From IMG/VR virus record IMGVR_UViG_3300020461_000002: a DNA stretch of 64,000 nucleotides. One strand, written 5' to 3'. The notes beneath the pieces are model-generated. The model had not been told where the DNA came from, made no database searches, and was given only the letters and a program-made list of their open reading frames with translations. Made by a program: the position numbers and the translations under genes. Shown here in pieces: positions 47,033 through 57,407 of this stretch (positions within the stretch are counted from its first letter, which is position 1; each line of letters starts with the position of its first letter). Source of the stretch: an uncultured virus (IMG/VR IMGVR_UViG_3300020461_000002). Lineage: Duplodnaviria > Heunggongvirae > Uroviricota > Caudoviricetes.

Positions 47033-49186
47033 ATGCCATTAAACCTAGCATCTCCTGGTGTTCTTGTTAGAGAGGTTGATTTAACTAACGGCAGAATTGA
47101 CCCAACATCTGATAGTGTTGGAGTTATTGCTAGCCCATTTGAGAAGGGTGCAGTTAACGAACCAGTTTTGGTTGGTAACGAAGAGGAACTTCGCCAAGCA
47201 TTTGGTGGACCTGCTGCAACTGATAAGCATTATGAAAATTGGATGGTAGCATCCTCATACCTCGCTTACGGTGGACCCCTTCAAGTTGTAAGGGCAGGAG
47301 GATCAAATTTAAAGAACGCATTTGTTGGTGCTGCATCCGACATCAAAATAGATAGCGTTACAGATTATAATCTTAAAGGTTATGACGAAAATACAATCAC
47401 CGGTGTAACAGTTGCCGCAAGAAATCCTGGATCTTGGGGTAATGGACTGAAAGTTGCAATTATCGATGGTTTTGCAGATCAAGAGATTGGAATTGCTGGA
47501 ACTGTTTTATCAGGTGCAAGTGTTGGTGCAGGAGTTACTCAAGCAATCCCTGCAGGAACGGTCGTTGCTGGAGCAGGAACAACCTCTTTACTGGAAGGTT
47601 ACCTAAAAGGAATCGTTACTGGTATTGATGGTGGAGAACTGCAAGTTAAAGTTCTATCACACTATGATGCTGCTGGAACAAGAACTCAAGTTGACTATAC
47701 AGCATCTGGTGTATATAAATTCAACACATCTGAAGATCTCTATGTAAATGGTGTAGGTGCTACTACAGTATCAACTGCTGCAGATTGGTTTGACCAACAA
47801 GAATTTACTTTAACTTCTTCGACTGGAATTAAGAAAAAGTGGTCTTCTATTGCACCAAGACCAGGAACCTCTTCATATACAGCAGCGAGAGGAGGAAGAT
47901 TTGACGAACTTCATATAGTTGTTGTTGATGCTGAAGGAAAAGTTACTGGAAATGAAGGAACAATTCTAGAAAAGCATGTAGCACTTTCTAAAGCAAGTGA
48001 TGCTGTTTATTCAGTAGGTTCTTCTTCATATTGGAGAGCATATCTCGCAAGTGCTTCAACTAGTATTTTTGGTGGTGGAGCTCCTGCAGGTATTGCAACA
48101 TCTGGATTCACTAGTGGTTGGACAGCAGCAACTGACATTGGTTGGGATCAACCAGCGGAAGGAATTCTGTTTGGATTGTCTGGAAATGCCAATTACTCTC
48201 TAACTGGTGGAACAAACTATGATGGAACATCAGACAGTTCTGCTGCTGGAGCATTCAAATCTTCTATTTCTGATTTAGCATCTTCATACGATCTCTTCAA
48301 GAATAAAGAAAAGTATGCCGTTGATTTTCTTCTTATGGGATCTGGAAACTATCTCAAGGAAGAAGTACAAGCACTAGCATCTAAATTGATTGAGGTTGCT
48401 GAGTTTAGACAAGATGCTCTAGCATTCATCTCCCCTTATAGAGGAGCATTTATAAATGACACAGTTTCTGGTACTTCGGTTGTATTAAATACTGATGCTG
48501 TTTCTACCGCCAATGTACTAGATTTTTATTCTTCCATTCCATCAAGTTCTTTTGCAGTTCTTGATAGTGGATATAAGTACATGTATGATAGATTCAATAG
48601 AGTCTTCAGATATGTTCCATTGAATGGAGATATTGCAGGAACATGTGCAAGGAATGATGCTAACAATTTCCCATGGGTTTCTCCAGCAGGAACCTCTAGA
48701 GGATCTATTCTTAATGCAGTTAAACTGGCATACAATCCAGATAAAGATCAAAGAGATTCTTTATATTCTGCAAGAATCAATCCAGTTATAGTTTCTCCTG
48801 GCGGTGGTATTATTCTATTCGGTGATAAAACTGCGCTCAGCAGAGCATCTGCTTTTGATAGAATTAATGTTCGCAGATTGTTTATCTTCTTAGAGAAAGC
48901 AGTTGAATCTGCAGCAAAAGATCAACTATTTGAGTATAATGATGACATTACAAGATCCAACTTTGTAAATGTTGTAGAACCATTCTTGCGTGATGTTCAA
49001 GGCAAGAGAGGTATTACAGACTTTAGAGTTATTTGTGATGAAACAAATAATACTGCTTCTATTATTGATGCAAACGAGTTTATTGCTGATATCTTTGTGA
49101 AACCAGCAAGGTCGATTAACTTCGTTGGACTAACATTTGTTGCCACCAGATCTGGTGTTGCTTTCACTGAAGTAGTGGGCGTTTGA
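47033..49186 (+). CDS. gp18: Tail sheath protein gp18
   Basis: LASPGVLVREVDLT; PW.SPAG; FDRINVRRLF; KPARSINFV; CTAAATA at 46992. Confidence 0.96.
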   Translation: MPLNLASPGVLVREVDLTNGRIDPTSDSVGVIASPFEKGAVNEPVLVGNEEELRQAFGGPAATDKHYENWMVASSYLAYGGPLQVVRAGGSNLKNAFVGAASDIKIDSVTDYNLKGYDENTITGVTVAARNPGSWGNGLKVAIIDGFADQEIGIAGTVLSGASVGAGVTQAIPAGTVVAGAGTTSLLEGYLKGIVTGIDGGELQVKVLSHYDAAGTRTQVDYTASGVYKFNTSEDLYVNGVGATTVSTAADWFDQQEFTLTSSTGIKKKWSSIAPRPGTSSYTAARGGRFDELHIVVVDAEGKVTGNEGTILEKHVALSKASDAVYSVGSSSYWRAYLASASTSIFGGGAPAGIATSGFTSGWTAATDIGWDQPAEGILFGLSGNANYSLTGGTNYDGTSDSSAAGAFKSSISDLASSYDLFKNKEKYAVDFLLMGSGNYLKEEVQALASKLIEVAEFRQDALAFISPYRGAFINDTVSGTSVVLNTDAVSTANVLDFYSSIPSSSFAVLDSGYKYMYDRFNRVFRYVPLNGDIAGTCARNDANNFPWVSPAGTSRGSILNAVKLAYNPDKDQRDSLYSARINPVIVSPGGGIILFGDKTALSRASAFDRINVRRLFIFLEKAVESAAKDQLFEYNDDITRSNFVNVVEPFLRDVQGKRGITDFRVICDETNNTASIIDANEFIADIFVKPARSINFVGLTFVATRSGVAFTEVVGV

Positions 49187-49228
49187 TCTACATTTATAAT
49201 AAAAATATTCTAAAGGAGTAAAAGAACA

Positions 49229-49801
49229 ATGGCAGCAAAGTATTTAAAAACGATTGATCAATTTAAGGCTAAGTTAGTTGGTGGCGGTTCTCGCCCCAAT
49301 CTATTCAATGTCAATTTACAATTTCCCCAAGGCGCTAAGTTAGGAACAGGTAATAATGATGCTGATGCATTTCTAGTAAAAGCAGCAGCTTTACCTGCAT
49401 CTAATATCGGTCCAATTGATGTACCATTTAGAGGTAGAATCCTTAAAGTTGCTGGAGATAGAACCTTTGACACTTGGACAGTTACTATCTTGAATGATAA
49501 TGATTTTGTCCTCAGAGGTGCTTTTGAAAGATGGATGAATATTATCCAGAAACATGATAATGGAACTGGAAAAGTAAATCCTGCTGATTATCAAAAGGCA
49601 GCATATGTCTGGCAATTAGATCGTATGGGTAATGCTTTAAGAGAATACAAATTCCATGGTGTATTCCCAACTAATATTTCCCAGATGGATCTATCATACG
49701 ATAGCACTGATACAATTAGTGAATTCACTGTCGAATTGCAAGTTCAGTGGTGGGAAGCTAAGGATAATTCTACAACATCCCAAGGTGGTGTAGTCAAATA
49801 A
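49229..49801 (+). CDS. gp19: Tail tube protein gp19
   Basis: GG.RPNLF.V; FRGR.LKVAGDRTFDTWTVT. Confidence 0.95.
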   Translation: MAAKYLKTIDQFKAKLVGGGSRPNLFNVNLQFPQGAKLGTGNNDADAFLVKAAALPASNIGPIDVPFRGRILKVAGDRTFDTWTVTILNDNDFVLRGAFERWMNIIQKHDNGTGKVNPADYQKAAYVWQLDRMGNALREYKFHGVFPTNISQMDLSYDSTDTISEFTVELQVQWWEAKDNSTTSQGGVVK

Positions 49802-49837
49802 GCTCATAAATAGATAAAAACAGGGCTAATTTATAAA

Positions 49838-51478
49838 ATGGCGAAACTCTTTGGTTTTTCGATTGACGATCAAGATAATAAAAGTAAATCCATAGTCTCC
49901 CCCGTCCCAAAAACAAATGAGGATGGGGTTGATTATTATCTACAATCTGGTTTTTATGGGCAGTACGTAGATATTGAAGGAGTTTACAGAACTGAAAGTG
50001 ATCTAATAAAAAGATATAGAGAAATGGCATTACACCCAGAGTGTGATAATGCCATTGAAGATGTTGTCAATGAAGCAATTGTGAGTGATCTATATGATTC
50101 TCCAATTGAAATTGAATTGTCGAATGTAAATGCAAGTGATAAAGTAAAGACTGCAATTAGAAAAGAATTTAGATATATTAAAGATATAATGGATTTCGAT
50201 AAGAAATGCCATGAAATCTTTAGAAATTGGTATGTGGATGGTAGGATCTATTACATGAAGGTAATTGATCTTAAAGCACCAGAAGAAGGAATTAAAGAAA
50301 TTAGATATATTGATCCTATGAAGATCAAGTATATCAGGCAGGAAAGAAAGAAAGATAGAAATGCATTAGTTCCACAAGAAAGTACAAAAAATCCTTTCAG
50401 TGCTTTTCCAGAAATTGATGAGTATTACATGTATACTCCATCACCAAAAACACCCATGGGTGGAAAGAAAGATAGTATAAAAATTGCTAAAGATACAATT
50501 GCATATTGTACTTCTGGTTTAGTTGATAGAAATAAAGGAACAGTTCTTTCATATCTTCACAAAGCAATCAAAGGTCTTAATCAATTAAGAATGATTGAAG
50601 ACTCCTTAGTCATTTACAGATTATCAAGAGCACCTGAGCGTAGAATATTTTATATTGACGTTGGTAATTTACCAAAGGTAAAAGCAGAGCAGTATCTCCG
50701 CGATGTTATGATGAGATATCGTAACAAGATGGTGTATGATGCAAACACTGGTGAGATTAGAGATGATCGTAAGCATATGAGTATGCTTGAAGATTTCTGG
50801 TTGCCACGTAGAGAAGGTGGTCGTGGTACTGAAATTACCACACTTCCTGGTGGACAGAATCTTGGTGAACTATCTGATATCGAATATTTTCAAAAGAAAT
50901 TATACAGAGCACTGGGTGTTCCCGAGTCACGTATTGCCAATGATGGTGGTTTTAATTTAGGAAGGTCTTCAGAGATTCTTCGTGATGAATTAAAATTCTC
51001 TAAATTTGTTGGTCGTTTAAGAAAGCGTTTCTCAAATATTTTTAGCGATCTATTAAAAACACAACTTATCTTAAAAAATATTATTGCTCCAGAAGATTGG
51101 GATACTATCAGTGATCATATTCAGTATGATTATCTTTATGATAATCAGTTTGCAGAACTAAAAGAAACTGAAATGCTTAATGAAAGGTTGACGATTCTTT
51201 CAACAATCGAACCATTTATTGGAAGATACTATTCACAAGAATGGGTTAGAAGAAAGGTTCTTCGTCAAACTGACACTGAAATGGAAGAAATGGATAAACA
51301 GATTGAAGCAGAAATTAAAACTGGTATTATTCCAGATCCTAATTCCATAGATCCAGTTACTGGAGAACCATTAGAAGGTGGTCCTCAAATGCTTGGAGAT
51401 GTCCCCATGGAACCTGAAATAAATGGTGGAATCACCGATGCACAGGTCCAAAAAGACACTAAAAGTGCCGAAATATAA
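49838..51478 (+). CDS. gp20: Portal protein gp20
   Basis: YRLSRAPERRIFYIDVGNLPK; EDFWLPRREGGRGTEI; CATAAATA at 49805. Confidence 0.97.
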   Translation: MAKLFGFSIDDQDNKSKSIVSPVPKTNEDGVDYYLQSGFYGQYVDIEGVYRTESDLIKRYREMALHPECDNAIEDVVNEAIVSDLYDSPIEIELSNVNASDKVKTAIRKEFRYIKDIMDFDKKCHEIFRNWYVDGRIYYMKVIDLKAPEEGIKEIRYIDPMKIKYIRQERKKDRNALVPQESTKNPFSAFPEIDEYYMYTPSPKTPMGGKKDSIKIAKDTIAYCTSGLVDRNKGTVLSYLHKAIKGLNQLRMIEDSLVIYRLSRAPERRIFYIDVGNLPKVKAEQYLRDVMMRYRNKMVYDANTGEIRDDRKHMSMLEDFWLPRREGGRGTEITTLPGGQNLGELSDIEYFQKKLYRALGVPESRIANDGGFNLGRSSEILRDELKFSKFVGRLRKRFSNIFSDLLKTQLILKNIIAPEDWDTISDHIQYDYLYDNQFAELKETEMLNERLTILSTIEPFIGRYYSQEWVRRKVLRQTDTEMEEMDKQIEAEIKTGIIPDPNSIDPVTGEPLEGGPQMLGDVPMEPEINGGITDAQVQKDTKSAEI

Positions 51479-51505
51479 ATATTGATATAACAACATCTTT
51501 TTTTC

Positions 51506-51682
51506 ATGGAAAATATTATAGATTTGATTGCGACTGACTCTGCCCCTGCAGATATCTCCAAAAATATTCATGATTTGTTGTATCAAAAAGCAACAGAAAA
51601 AATTGAAAAAATGAGAGGTGATATTTCATCTCAAGTGTTTGATAATGTAGACACACAAGAAGAGGAAGAAAATGCTGATTAA
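51506..51682 (+). CDS. Small prohead core protein (gp67-like; 58 aa, not in ORF track)
   Basis: TATAAATA at 51474; MENIIDLIATD..acidic tail; position after gp20 as for T4 gp67. Confidence 0.6.
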   Translation: MENIIDLIATDSAPADISKNIHDLLYQKATEKIEKMRGDISSQVFDNVDTQEEEENAD

Positions 51683-51929
51683 AGTATTAGCAGAGGAGAC
51701 TACACTCAATGCTGCTACTAATGTTGGAAGTGCAACTGTAGTTCGACTATACAATGGTCATTCTGCAGCATTACTCATTACTAGAAAAGATTCTAGCAGT
51801 GCAACTATTGGGAGTGTCACTGTAAAGAATGGCGAAACTGTTCTTCTTGAAAAAGACTCATCCGATACATTAACTGCTGCATCAAATGGTAGTTCTGTCA
51901 AGGTAGTAAAGATAGCATACGGAATCTAA
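51672..51929 (+). CDS. Hypothetical protein between portal and prohead protease
   Basis: ORF track; GAGG SD. Confidence 0.75.
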   Translation: MLIKVLAEETTLNAATNVGSATVVRLYNGHSAALLITRKDSSSATIGSVTVKNGETVLLEKDSSDTLTAASNGSSVKVVKIAYGI

Positions 51930-51930
51930 A

Positions 51931-52581
51931 ATGAAACTTATTACAGAAGAAATTTCAAACGTACAGATCATTACCGAAGGTAAGGGTTCTAATAAGAAAC
52001 TCTATATCGAAGGTGTTTTCCTGCAGGGAGATATCAAAAATCGTAATGGTCGCATGTATCCAGTCTCAACTTTATCTAATGAAGTTAAGAGATACAATGA
52101 ATCGTTTGTTACTAAGGGTCGTGCCCTTGGAGAACTCGGTCATCCTGAAGGTCCTACAGTTAATCTGGACAGAGTTTCCCATAAGATTACTTCTCTCACT
52201 CAAGAAGGAAATAATTTTAAAGGAAAGGCACAAATCCTTAACACTCCTATGGGCAAAATTGCATCTTCTCTTCTTGATGAAGGTGTTATGCTTGGTGTTT
52301 CTTCCCGTGGTATTGGTTCACTAAAAGAAGATAAGAATGGTGTTAAAGTAGTTGGTGAAGATTTTATGTTGGCAACTGCTGCTGATATTGTTGCTGATCC
52401 ATCAGCACCAGATGCTTTTGTCTCCGGAATTATGGAAGGCAAAGAGTGGATCTGGGAAGGTGGAATACTCCGCGAACAACTCGCAGAAAAAACTCAGAAA
52501 AGAATTAATACTCTCGTCGATCAAAGAAGATTGGAAGAGCATAAGTTGAACTTATTCAATGAATTCCTTTCAAATCTATAA
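51931..52581 (+). CDS. gp21: Prohead core protease gp21
   Basis: NRNGRMYP; ALGELGHP; GVSSRG; DIVADPSAPDA. Confidence 0.96.
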   Translation: MKLITEEISNVQIITEGKGSNKKLYIEGVFLQGDIKNRNGRMYPVSTLSNEVKRYNESFVTKGRALGELGHPEGPTVNLDRVSHKITSLTQEGNNFKGKAQILNTPMGKIASSLLDEGVMLGVSSRGIGSLKEDKNGVKVVGEDFMLATAADIVADPSAPDAFVSGIMEGKEWIWEGGILREQLAEKTQKRINTLVDQRRLEEHKLNLFNEFLSNL

Positions 52582-52627
52582 TTTAATAAATAAATATAGA
52601 TTAATACACAAATAATCTAATATTCAC

Positions 52628-53749
52628 ATGTCCGTTGGTAGCAATTTACAAGAAATGGAAAACGTAGTAACCAAAGGAGCAAAGTCCGCAGATCCTATGC
52701 CTAAATTGGCAGATCCAGGAACTCAACTCGGTTCGGTTGAAGATCTCGGCGGTCCCTCCCCAGAAAATTATAAGCCCGATGACGATTCGGCAAAGCTCAA
52801 AGAACCAACAGCAACCCTTAAGCAAGTCAAGGATGTTGTAAACAAAGGTGCTAAACCTGCGGATGCAATGCCTGCTAAGGTTAAGGAAGAAGAAGAAATC
52901 GAGGTCGAAGATGACCAAGAGATCGTTGCTGAAGAAGATGCCACAGAAGAAGAAGTAGTTTCCGAAGAAGAAACTACTGAAGATGAAGTGGTTGCTGAGT
53001 CCGAAGAAGTTGAAGAAGAAGTATATGATGTTGAAGAAGACATCAATGCTTTGATCGCTGGCGAAGAACTTTCTGAGGAATTCCAAGAGAAAGCACGTAC
53101 CATTTTTGATACTGCTATCAAGGCAAAGGTTGCTGGTGTTAAGGAAGAGTTGGAAGCAGCATATGCTGAAACTCTTACCGAAGAAATTGCAACTATTAAA
53201 ACTGAACTCACCGAGCGCGTTGACTCTTATCTAGAGTACGTTGCTGACGAGTGGGTCGGAGAAAACCAACTCGCAATTGAGCATGGACTCAAGACCGAGA
53301 TGACCGAATCGTTCCTAAAAGGAATGAGAAGTCTTTTTGAAGAACATTATGTAACTATCCCTGACGAGAAATATGATGTGCTTGAGAGCATGGTAGATAA
53401 ACTAGATGAAATGGAGTCTAAACTCAACGAGCAAATCGATAAGAACGTTGCTCTTAATAAAAGATTAGCAGAATCAGTTTCTGACGTAATTTTTGCGGAA
53501 GTTGCTGAAGGTCTTGCACTTTCCCAGAAAGACAAGCTCGCTTCTCTTGCAGAAAATGTTGAGTTTGATGGTGAAGAGAGCTATCGTGAGAAGCTTGTAA
53601 CTCTTAGAAATTCTTATTTCCAAGAGAATGCTGGCGCTCAGAGAGACGATTCAGAGAACATCTCAGAGTCGACTGAAGTTCCAACTAAATCAGTTTCTGG
53701 TTTAATGGAATCGTATCTGACAACTCTGAATAGAGTTTCCAAAAAGTGA
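52628..53749 (+). CDS. gp22: Prohead scaffolding protein gp22
   Basis: Acidic coiled coil; LSEEF.EKA.TIF; YL.YVADEW; AATAAATA at 52585/52589. Confidence 0.92.
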   Translation: MSVGSNLQEMENVVTKGAKSADPMPKLADPGTQLGSVEDLGGPSPENYKPDDDSAKLKEPTATLKQVKDVVNKGAKPADAMPAKVKEEEEIEVEDDQEIVAEEDATEEEVVSEEETTEDEVVAESEEVEEEVYDVEEDINALIAGEELSEEFQEKARTIFDTAIKAKVAGVKEELEAAYAETLTEEIATIKTELTERVDSYLEYVADEWVGENQLAIEHGLKTEMTESFLKGMRSLFEEHYVTIPDEKYDVLESMVDKLDEMESKLNEQIDKNVALNKRLAESVSDVIFAEVAEGLALSQKDKLASLAENVEFDGEESYREKLVTLRNSYFQENAGAQRDDSENISESTEVPTKSVSGLMESYLTTLNRVSKK

Positions 53750-53802
53750 TATTTTAAATCATAAGGTCAAACTTAATTAAATTTTTAAAGAGGTAAATTC
53801 AA

Positions 53803-55188
53803 ATGCAAGGTTTCAATGCTGAACACCTGCAGGAGAAGTGGGCACCACTACTAGACGCAGAAGGATCCCCTAAGATTTCTGATTCTCATCGTAGAATGGT
53901 AACCGCAGTTCTCCTGGAGAACCAAGAGAAGGCACTCCGTGAAGAGCGTGAGTTCCTCTACGAGACACCAACAACTCATACCAACTCTGGCACTAACGCA
54001 GGTTTCTCTGCAAACGCCACTGATGCTGGTCCTGTTGCTGGTTTCGACCCAGTTCTGATCTCCTTGATCAGAAGATCCATGCCTAACCTGGTCGCCTATG
54101 ACCTCGCTGGCGTACAACCAATGAACGGTCCTACTGGACTGATTTTCGCAATGCGCTCCCGCTACACCGATCAAGCTGGTAGCGAAGCGTTCTATAACGA
54201 AGCAGACACCGCATTCTCTGGACAGGATACTGGATTCAACAACACCACTGGTATGACCGGTGCTTCTGTTGGTCTTGGTACTACTGCACAGTCGGGCGGC
54301 AACCCTGGCGCACTCTCTGCAAGTGGCGCTAGCGCAACTGACTACAACGTTGGTCAGGGTATGCGTACCGATGATTCTGAAGCACTCGGCGCAAGCGAGC
54401 ACTTCAACGAGATGGCATTCTCGATCGAGAAGGTCACCGTTACTGCTAAGAGCAGAGCTCTGAAAGCAGAGTACTCCTTAGAACTCGCACAGGATCTGAA
54501 GGCAATCCACGGTTTAAACGCTGAAGCAGAACTCGCTAACATTCTTTCTAGCGAGATCCTTGCTGAAATCAACCGTGAAGTCATCAGAACCATCTACAAC
54601 GTTGCAGAAAACGGTGCTCAACTTAACACCGCAACTCCTGGTACTTTCGACCTAGACGTTGACTCCAACGGACGCTGGAGTGTTGAGAAGTTCAAGGGTC
54701 TGATCTTCCAGATCGAAAGAGATGCAAACCAGATCGCGCAGAGAACTCGTCGCGGAAAGGGCAACATGATCATGTGCTCTGCTGATGTTGCATCTGCACT
54801 GACCATGGCTGGTGTACTCGATTACACCCCTGCCCTCAACGCCAACCTTAACGTTGACGACACTGGTAACACCTTCGCTGGTGTTCTTGCTGGTAAGTAT
54901 CGCGTATACATCGATCCTTATTCTGCAAACAACGCTGCCTCCCAGTACTACGTTGCTGGATATAAGGGTTCTTCCCCTTATGACGCAGGTCTCTTCTATT
55001 GCCCATATGTTCCCCTCCAGATGGTTCGTGCCGTTGGAGAGAACACCTTCCAGCCTAAGATTGGCTTCAAGACCCGTTACGGGATTGTTGCTAACCCATT
55101 CGCTCAAGGTGCTACTCAGGGTAATGGAGCACTCACCCGTGACTCTAACGTTTACTACAGACGTGTTCGTGTTAACAACCTCATGTGA
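53803..55188 (+). CDS. gp23: Major capsid protein gp23
   Basis: EKWAPLL; GVQPMNGPTGLIFAMR; SRALKAEYS.ELAQDLKA.HG; FQPKIGFKTRYG. Confidence 0.98.
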   Translation: MQGFNAEHLQEKWAPLLDAEGSPKISDSHRRMVTAVLLENQEKALREEREFLYETPTTHTNSGTNAGFSANATDAGPVAGFDPVLISLIRRSMPNLVAYDLAGVQPMNGPTGLIFAMRSRYTDQAGSEAFYNEADTAFSGQDTGFNNTTGMTGASVGLGTTAQSGGNPGALSASGASATDYNVGQGMRTDDSEALGASEHFNEMAFSIEKVTVTAKSRALKAEYSLELAQDLKAIHGLNAEAELANILSSEILAEINREVIRTIYNVAENGAQLNTATPGTFDLDVDSNGRWSVEKFKGLIFQIERDANQIAQRTRRGKGNMIMCSADVASALTMAGVLDYTPALNANLNVDDTGNTFAGVLAGKYRVYIDPYSANNAASQYYVAGYKGSSPYDAGLFYCPYVPLQMVRAVGENTFQPKIGFKTRYGIVANPFAQGATQGNGALTRDSNVYYRRVRVNNLM

Positions 55189-55207
55189 TCCAAGTTCACA
55201 TATTTCT

Positions 55208-55234
55208 AAGAGGGTCTTCGGACCCTCTTTTTTT
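55208..55234 (+). terminator. Intrinsic terminator after gp23
   Basis: AAGAGGGTC-TTCG-GACCCTCTT followed by a T run. Confidence 0.92.
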
Positions 55235-55262
55235 GTCTATATAATTTGTTACGGCACTTGTT

Positions 55263-56246
55263 ATGGTTGATGTCATTGTAGTTGATACTCATATTGAATT
55301 TGATCATCCAGAATTTGATACAAGAGCACATAAATTTAACTGGTTAAAGTATAGCAAGAAACTAGGTTATGATACTAAAGATGAATATGAATATGAGAAT
55401 ATAAAACCATTTACTGGCAAGAGAGGGTCTCATGGAACTTCAATGGCAAGTATAATTGGTGGCAATACATTAGGGATTGCACCAAATGTAAATATTTTTA
55501 ATATTCACTATAACTATAGTTGGGCAATAAAATGGAAGCATTTACTTTATGATTATATAATTGAATTTGTTAAAGAAAGAAAGAATCCAACAATATGCAA
55601 TCTTAGTTTTGCAACTAGGACATCAAAAATGAGAATAAACTCTTTCATTGCATTTAAGTATAGAGATAGATTCCCTGATATATCTTTTTTACCACCAGAA
55701 CAAAAGAAAATAGGTCTTGAAACTATAATACCACCAGAACATTTTTATGGAGATAACTGTTTAAGATATCTCCCAATGCGTGATAAAAAAATAGATTCTG
55801 GAGTTAAAAAATTAATTGATAATGGAATTATTGTTGTAGGATCTACAAGGAATAGTCAGTTAACAGTTGATGTTCCTGGAGGAATAGATTATGATAATCG
55901 TATCTGCAGATCTCAATTTGGTGACATTTATTTAAACAGAGGATCTAGTCCTGGTTGTTCTCCAGGTATTATTTGTGTTTCAAGTTTGCATTGCGGAGGA
56001 AATGGACCAAGAATAAATTATTTTGAAGATGGAGACTATACTTTGAGTGCAGTGAATTATAGAAGTACATCATCTGCAATTAAAGATTTTAGATCTGATA
56101 AGCATGAAGTTGCTTATGTTGAAGGAACTAGTGTTGCAACAGCAAAGGTAACTGGTAGATTGGCATTAGAACTTGAAAAGAATCCCAATCTGACTCAGGA
56201 AGAAGCAAGAACCATTCTAAATAAAAATAAAAATGGCAGCATTTGA
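55263..56246 (+). CDS. Subtilisin-like (S8) serine protease
   Basis: VIVVDT (Asp), SHGTSMAS (His), GTSVA (Ser), oxyanion Asn in STRN. Confidence 0.8.
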   Translation: MVDVIVVDTHIEFDHPEFDTRAHKFNWLKYSKKLGYDTKDEYEYENIKPFTGKRGSHGTSMASIIGGNTLGIAPNVNIFNIHYNYSWAIKWKHLLYDYIIEFVKERKNPTICNLSFATRTSKMRINSFIAFKYRDRFPDISFLPPEQKKIGLETIIPPEHFYGDNCLRYLPMRDKKIDSGVKKLIDNGIIVVGSTRNSQLTVDVPGGIDYDNRICRSQFGDIYLNRGSSPGCSPGIICVSSLHCGGNGPRINYFEDGDYTLSAVNYRSTSSAIKDFRSDKHEVAYVEGTSVATAKVTGRLALELEKNPNLTQEEARTILNKNKNGSI

Positions 56247-56766
56247 TAATCAAATATCTAACAGAAATTTTTTATCACCTATTGGATTTAAGTTTAATCT
56301 AACTAAAATTCCAAAAGTAGATATGTTCTGCAATTATGCAAGGTTGCCAGAAATTTCTTTAGGTACGGCAATACAAACAACTTTTTTAAAAGATATAGAA
56401 TTGCCGGGAGATAAACTAACCTATGGAGATTTAAATCTAAGATTTTTGATAGATGAGAATTTAGAAAATTATTTGGCAGTTCATAATTGGATGAGAGGTC
56501 TTGGAACTCCAGAATCTAATCAGGAATATGCAGATTTATTAACAAATGAAGAAGGTGTTAAGGAAGAGCAATTGGAGCGTAGTGATGGTACGCTACATAT
56601 TCTAAATAGCAACTATAACACGGTTGCAATAGTAAATTTTAGAGATCTATTTCCAGTTTCATTAACTTCCATGGATTTTGAGGCAGATGATGATGCTACA
56701 AACTACTTGACGGCAGAGGTGACTTTCAAGTATACTATCTACGACATCACAATGCCTGCCGTTTAA
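56233..56766 (+). CDS. gp3: Tail completion / tube terminator gp3
   Basis: NFLSP.GFKF; PGDKL.YGDL.LRFL.DENLENY..VHNW; CTAAATA at 56217. Confidence 0.9.
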   Translation: MAAFDNQISNRNFLSPIGFKFNLTKIPKVDMFCNYARLPEISLGTAIQTTFLKDIELPGDKLTYGDLNLRFLIDENLENYLAVHNWMRGLGTPESNQEYADLLTNEEGVKEEQLERSDGTLHILNSNYNTVAIVNFRDLFPVSLTSMDFEADDDATNYLTAEVTFKYTIYDITMPAV

Positions 56767-57194
56767 TGGATCTCGATAAAATTCAGGAGATGTGGCAGAA
56801 AGACTCTGTTATAGATCCTGATAATTTACATGATGAGTCTTTGAAGATTCCACAACTTCACTCAAAATATTATACTGTTTATAATACAATTACTCTACTC
56901 AGAGAACGAGCGAGAGAGCAATACAACAAAGTGAAGTTGGAAAGATATAACTACTACTCAGGAAAGGCATCAGCAGAGGTTTATGTTGAAGAACCATTTC
57001 CATACAAAGTTAGGGAAAAGGATGCCTTACAGAGGCATCTAGATGCGGATGAAAAAATGAATAAGATTGATATGAAGATCAGATATTATGACGTCGAGTT
57101 AAAGTTTCTTGAGGAAGTTATCAAGACAATTTCCAATAGAACCTTTCAAATAAAGAATGCAATCGAATGGCAAAAATTTCAAGCAGGTTTTTAA
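56766..57194 (+). CDS. uvsY: Recombination mediator UvsY
   Basis: ESLKIPQLHSKY; R.FQIKNAIEW.KF.AG. Confidence 0.92.
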   Translation: MDLDKIQEMWQKDSVIDPDNLHDESLKIPQLHSKYYTVYNTITLLRERAREQYNKVKLERYNYYSGKASAEVYVEEPFPYKVREKDALQRHLDADEKMNKIDMKIRYYDVELKFLEEVIKTISNRTFQIKNAIEWQKFQAGF

Positions 57195-57380
57195 ATGGAA
57201 GACGAAAATTATTTTCAAGTAGAACTTAATTACAAAGGAATAAGATTAATATATGTTGGTCTTAAGCAGGCATGTGAAAAATGGTCTGGTGGAGATCCTG
57301 AAGAGCAGGAAAATTTAATTGCAATGAGAGATAATTTTTACAGACTATTACTAGAATTTCAATTCCATCAGGTGGACTAA
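57195..57380 (+). CDS. Hypothetical protein
   Basis: ORF track; WSGGDPEEQ. Confidence 0.7.
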   Translation: MEDENYFQVELNYKGIRLIYVGLKQACEKWSGGDPEEQENLIAMRDNFYRLLLEFQFHQVD

Positions 57381-57407
57381 ATATCAATAAGCCTTATAGG
57401 TAATTGA

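Noticed and set aside
45084..55188. Introns or inteins in gp17, gp20 or gp23
   Set aside because: ORFs are continuous and of ordinary length, with no intein end motifs seen.
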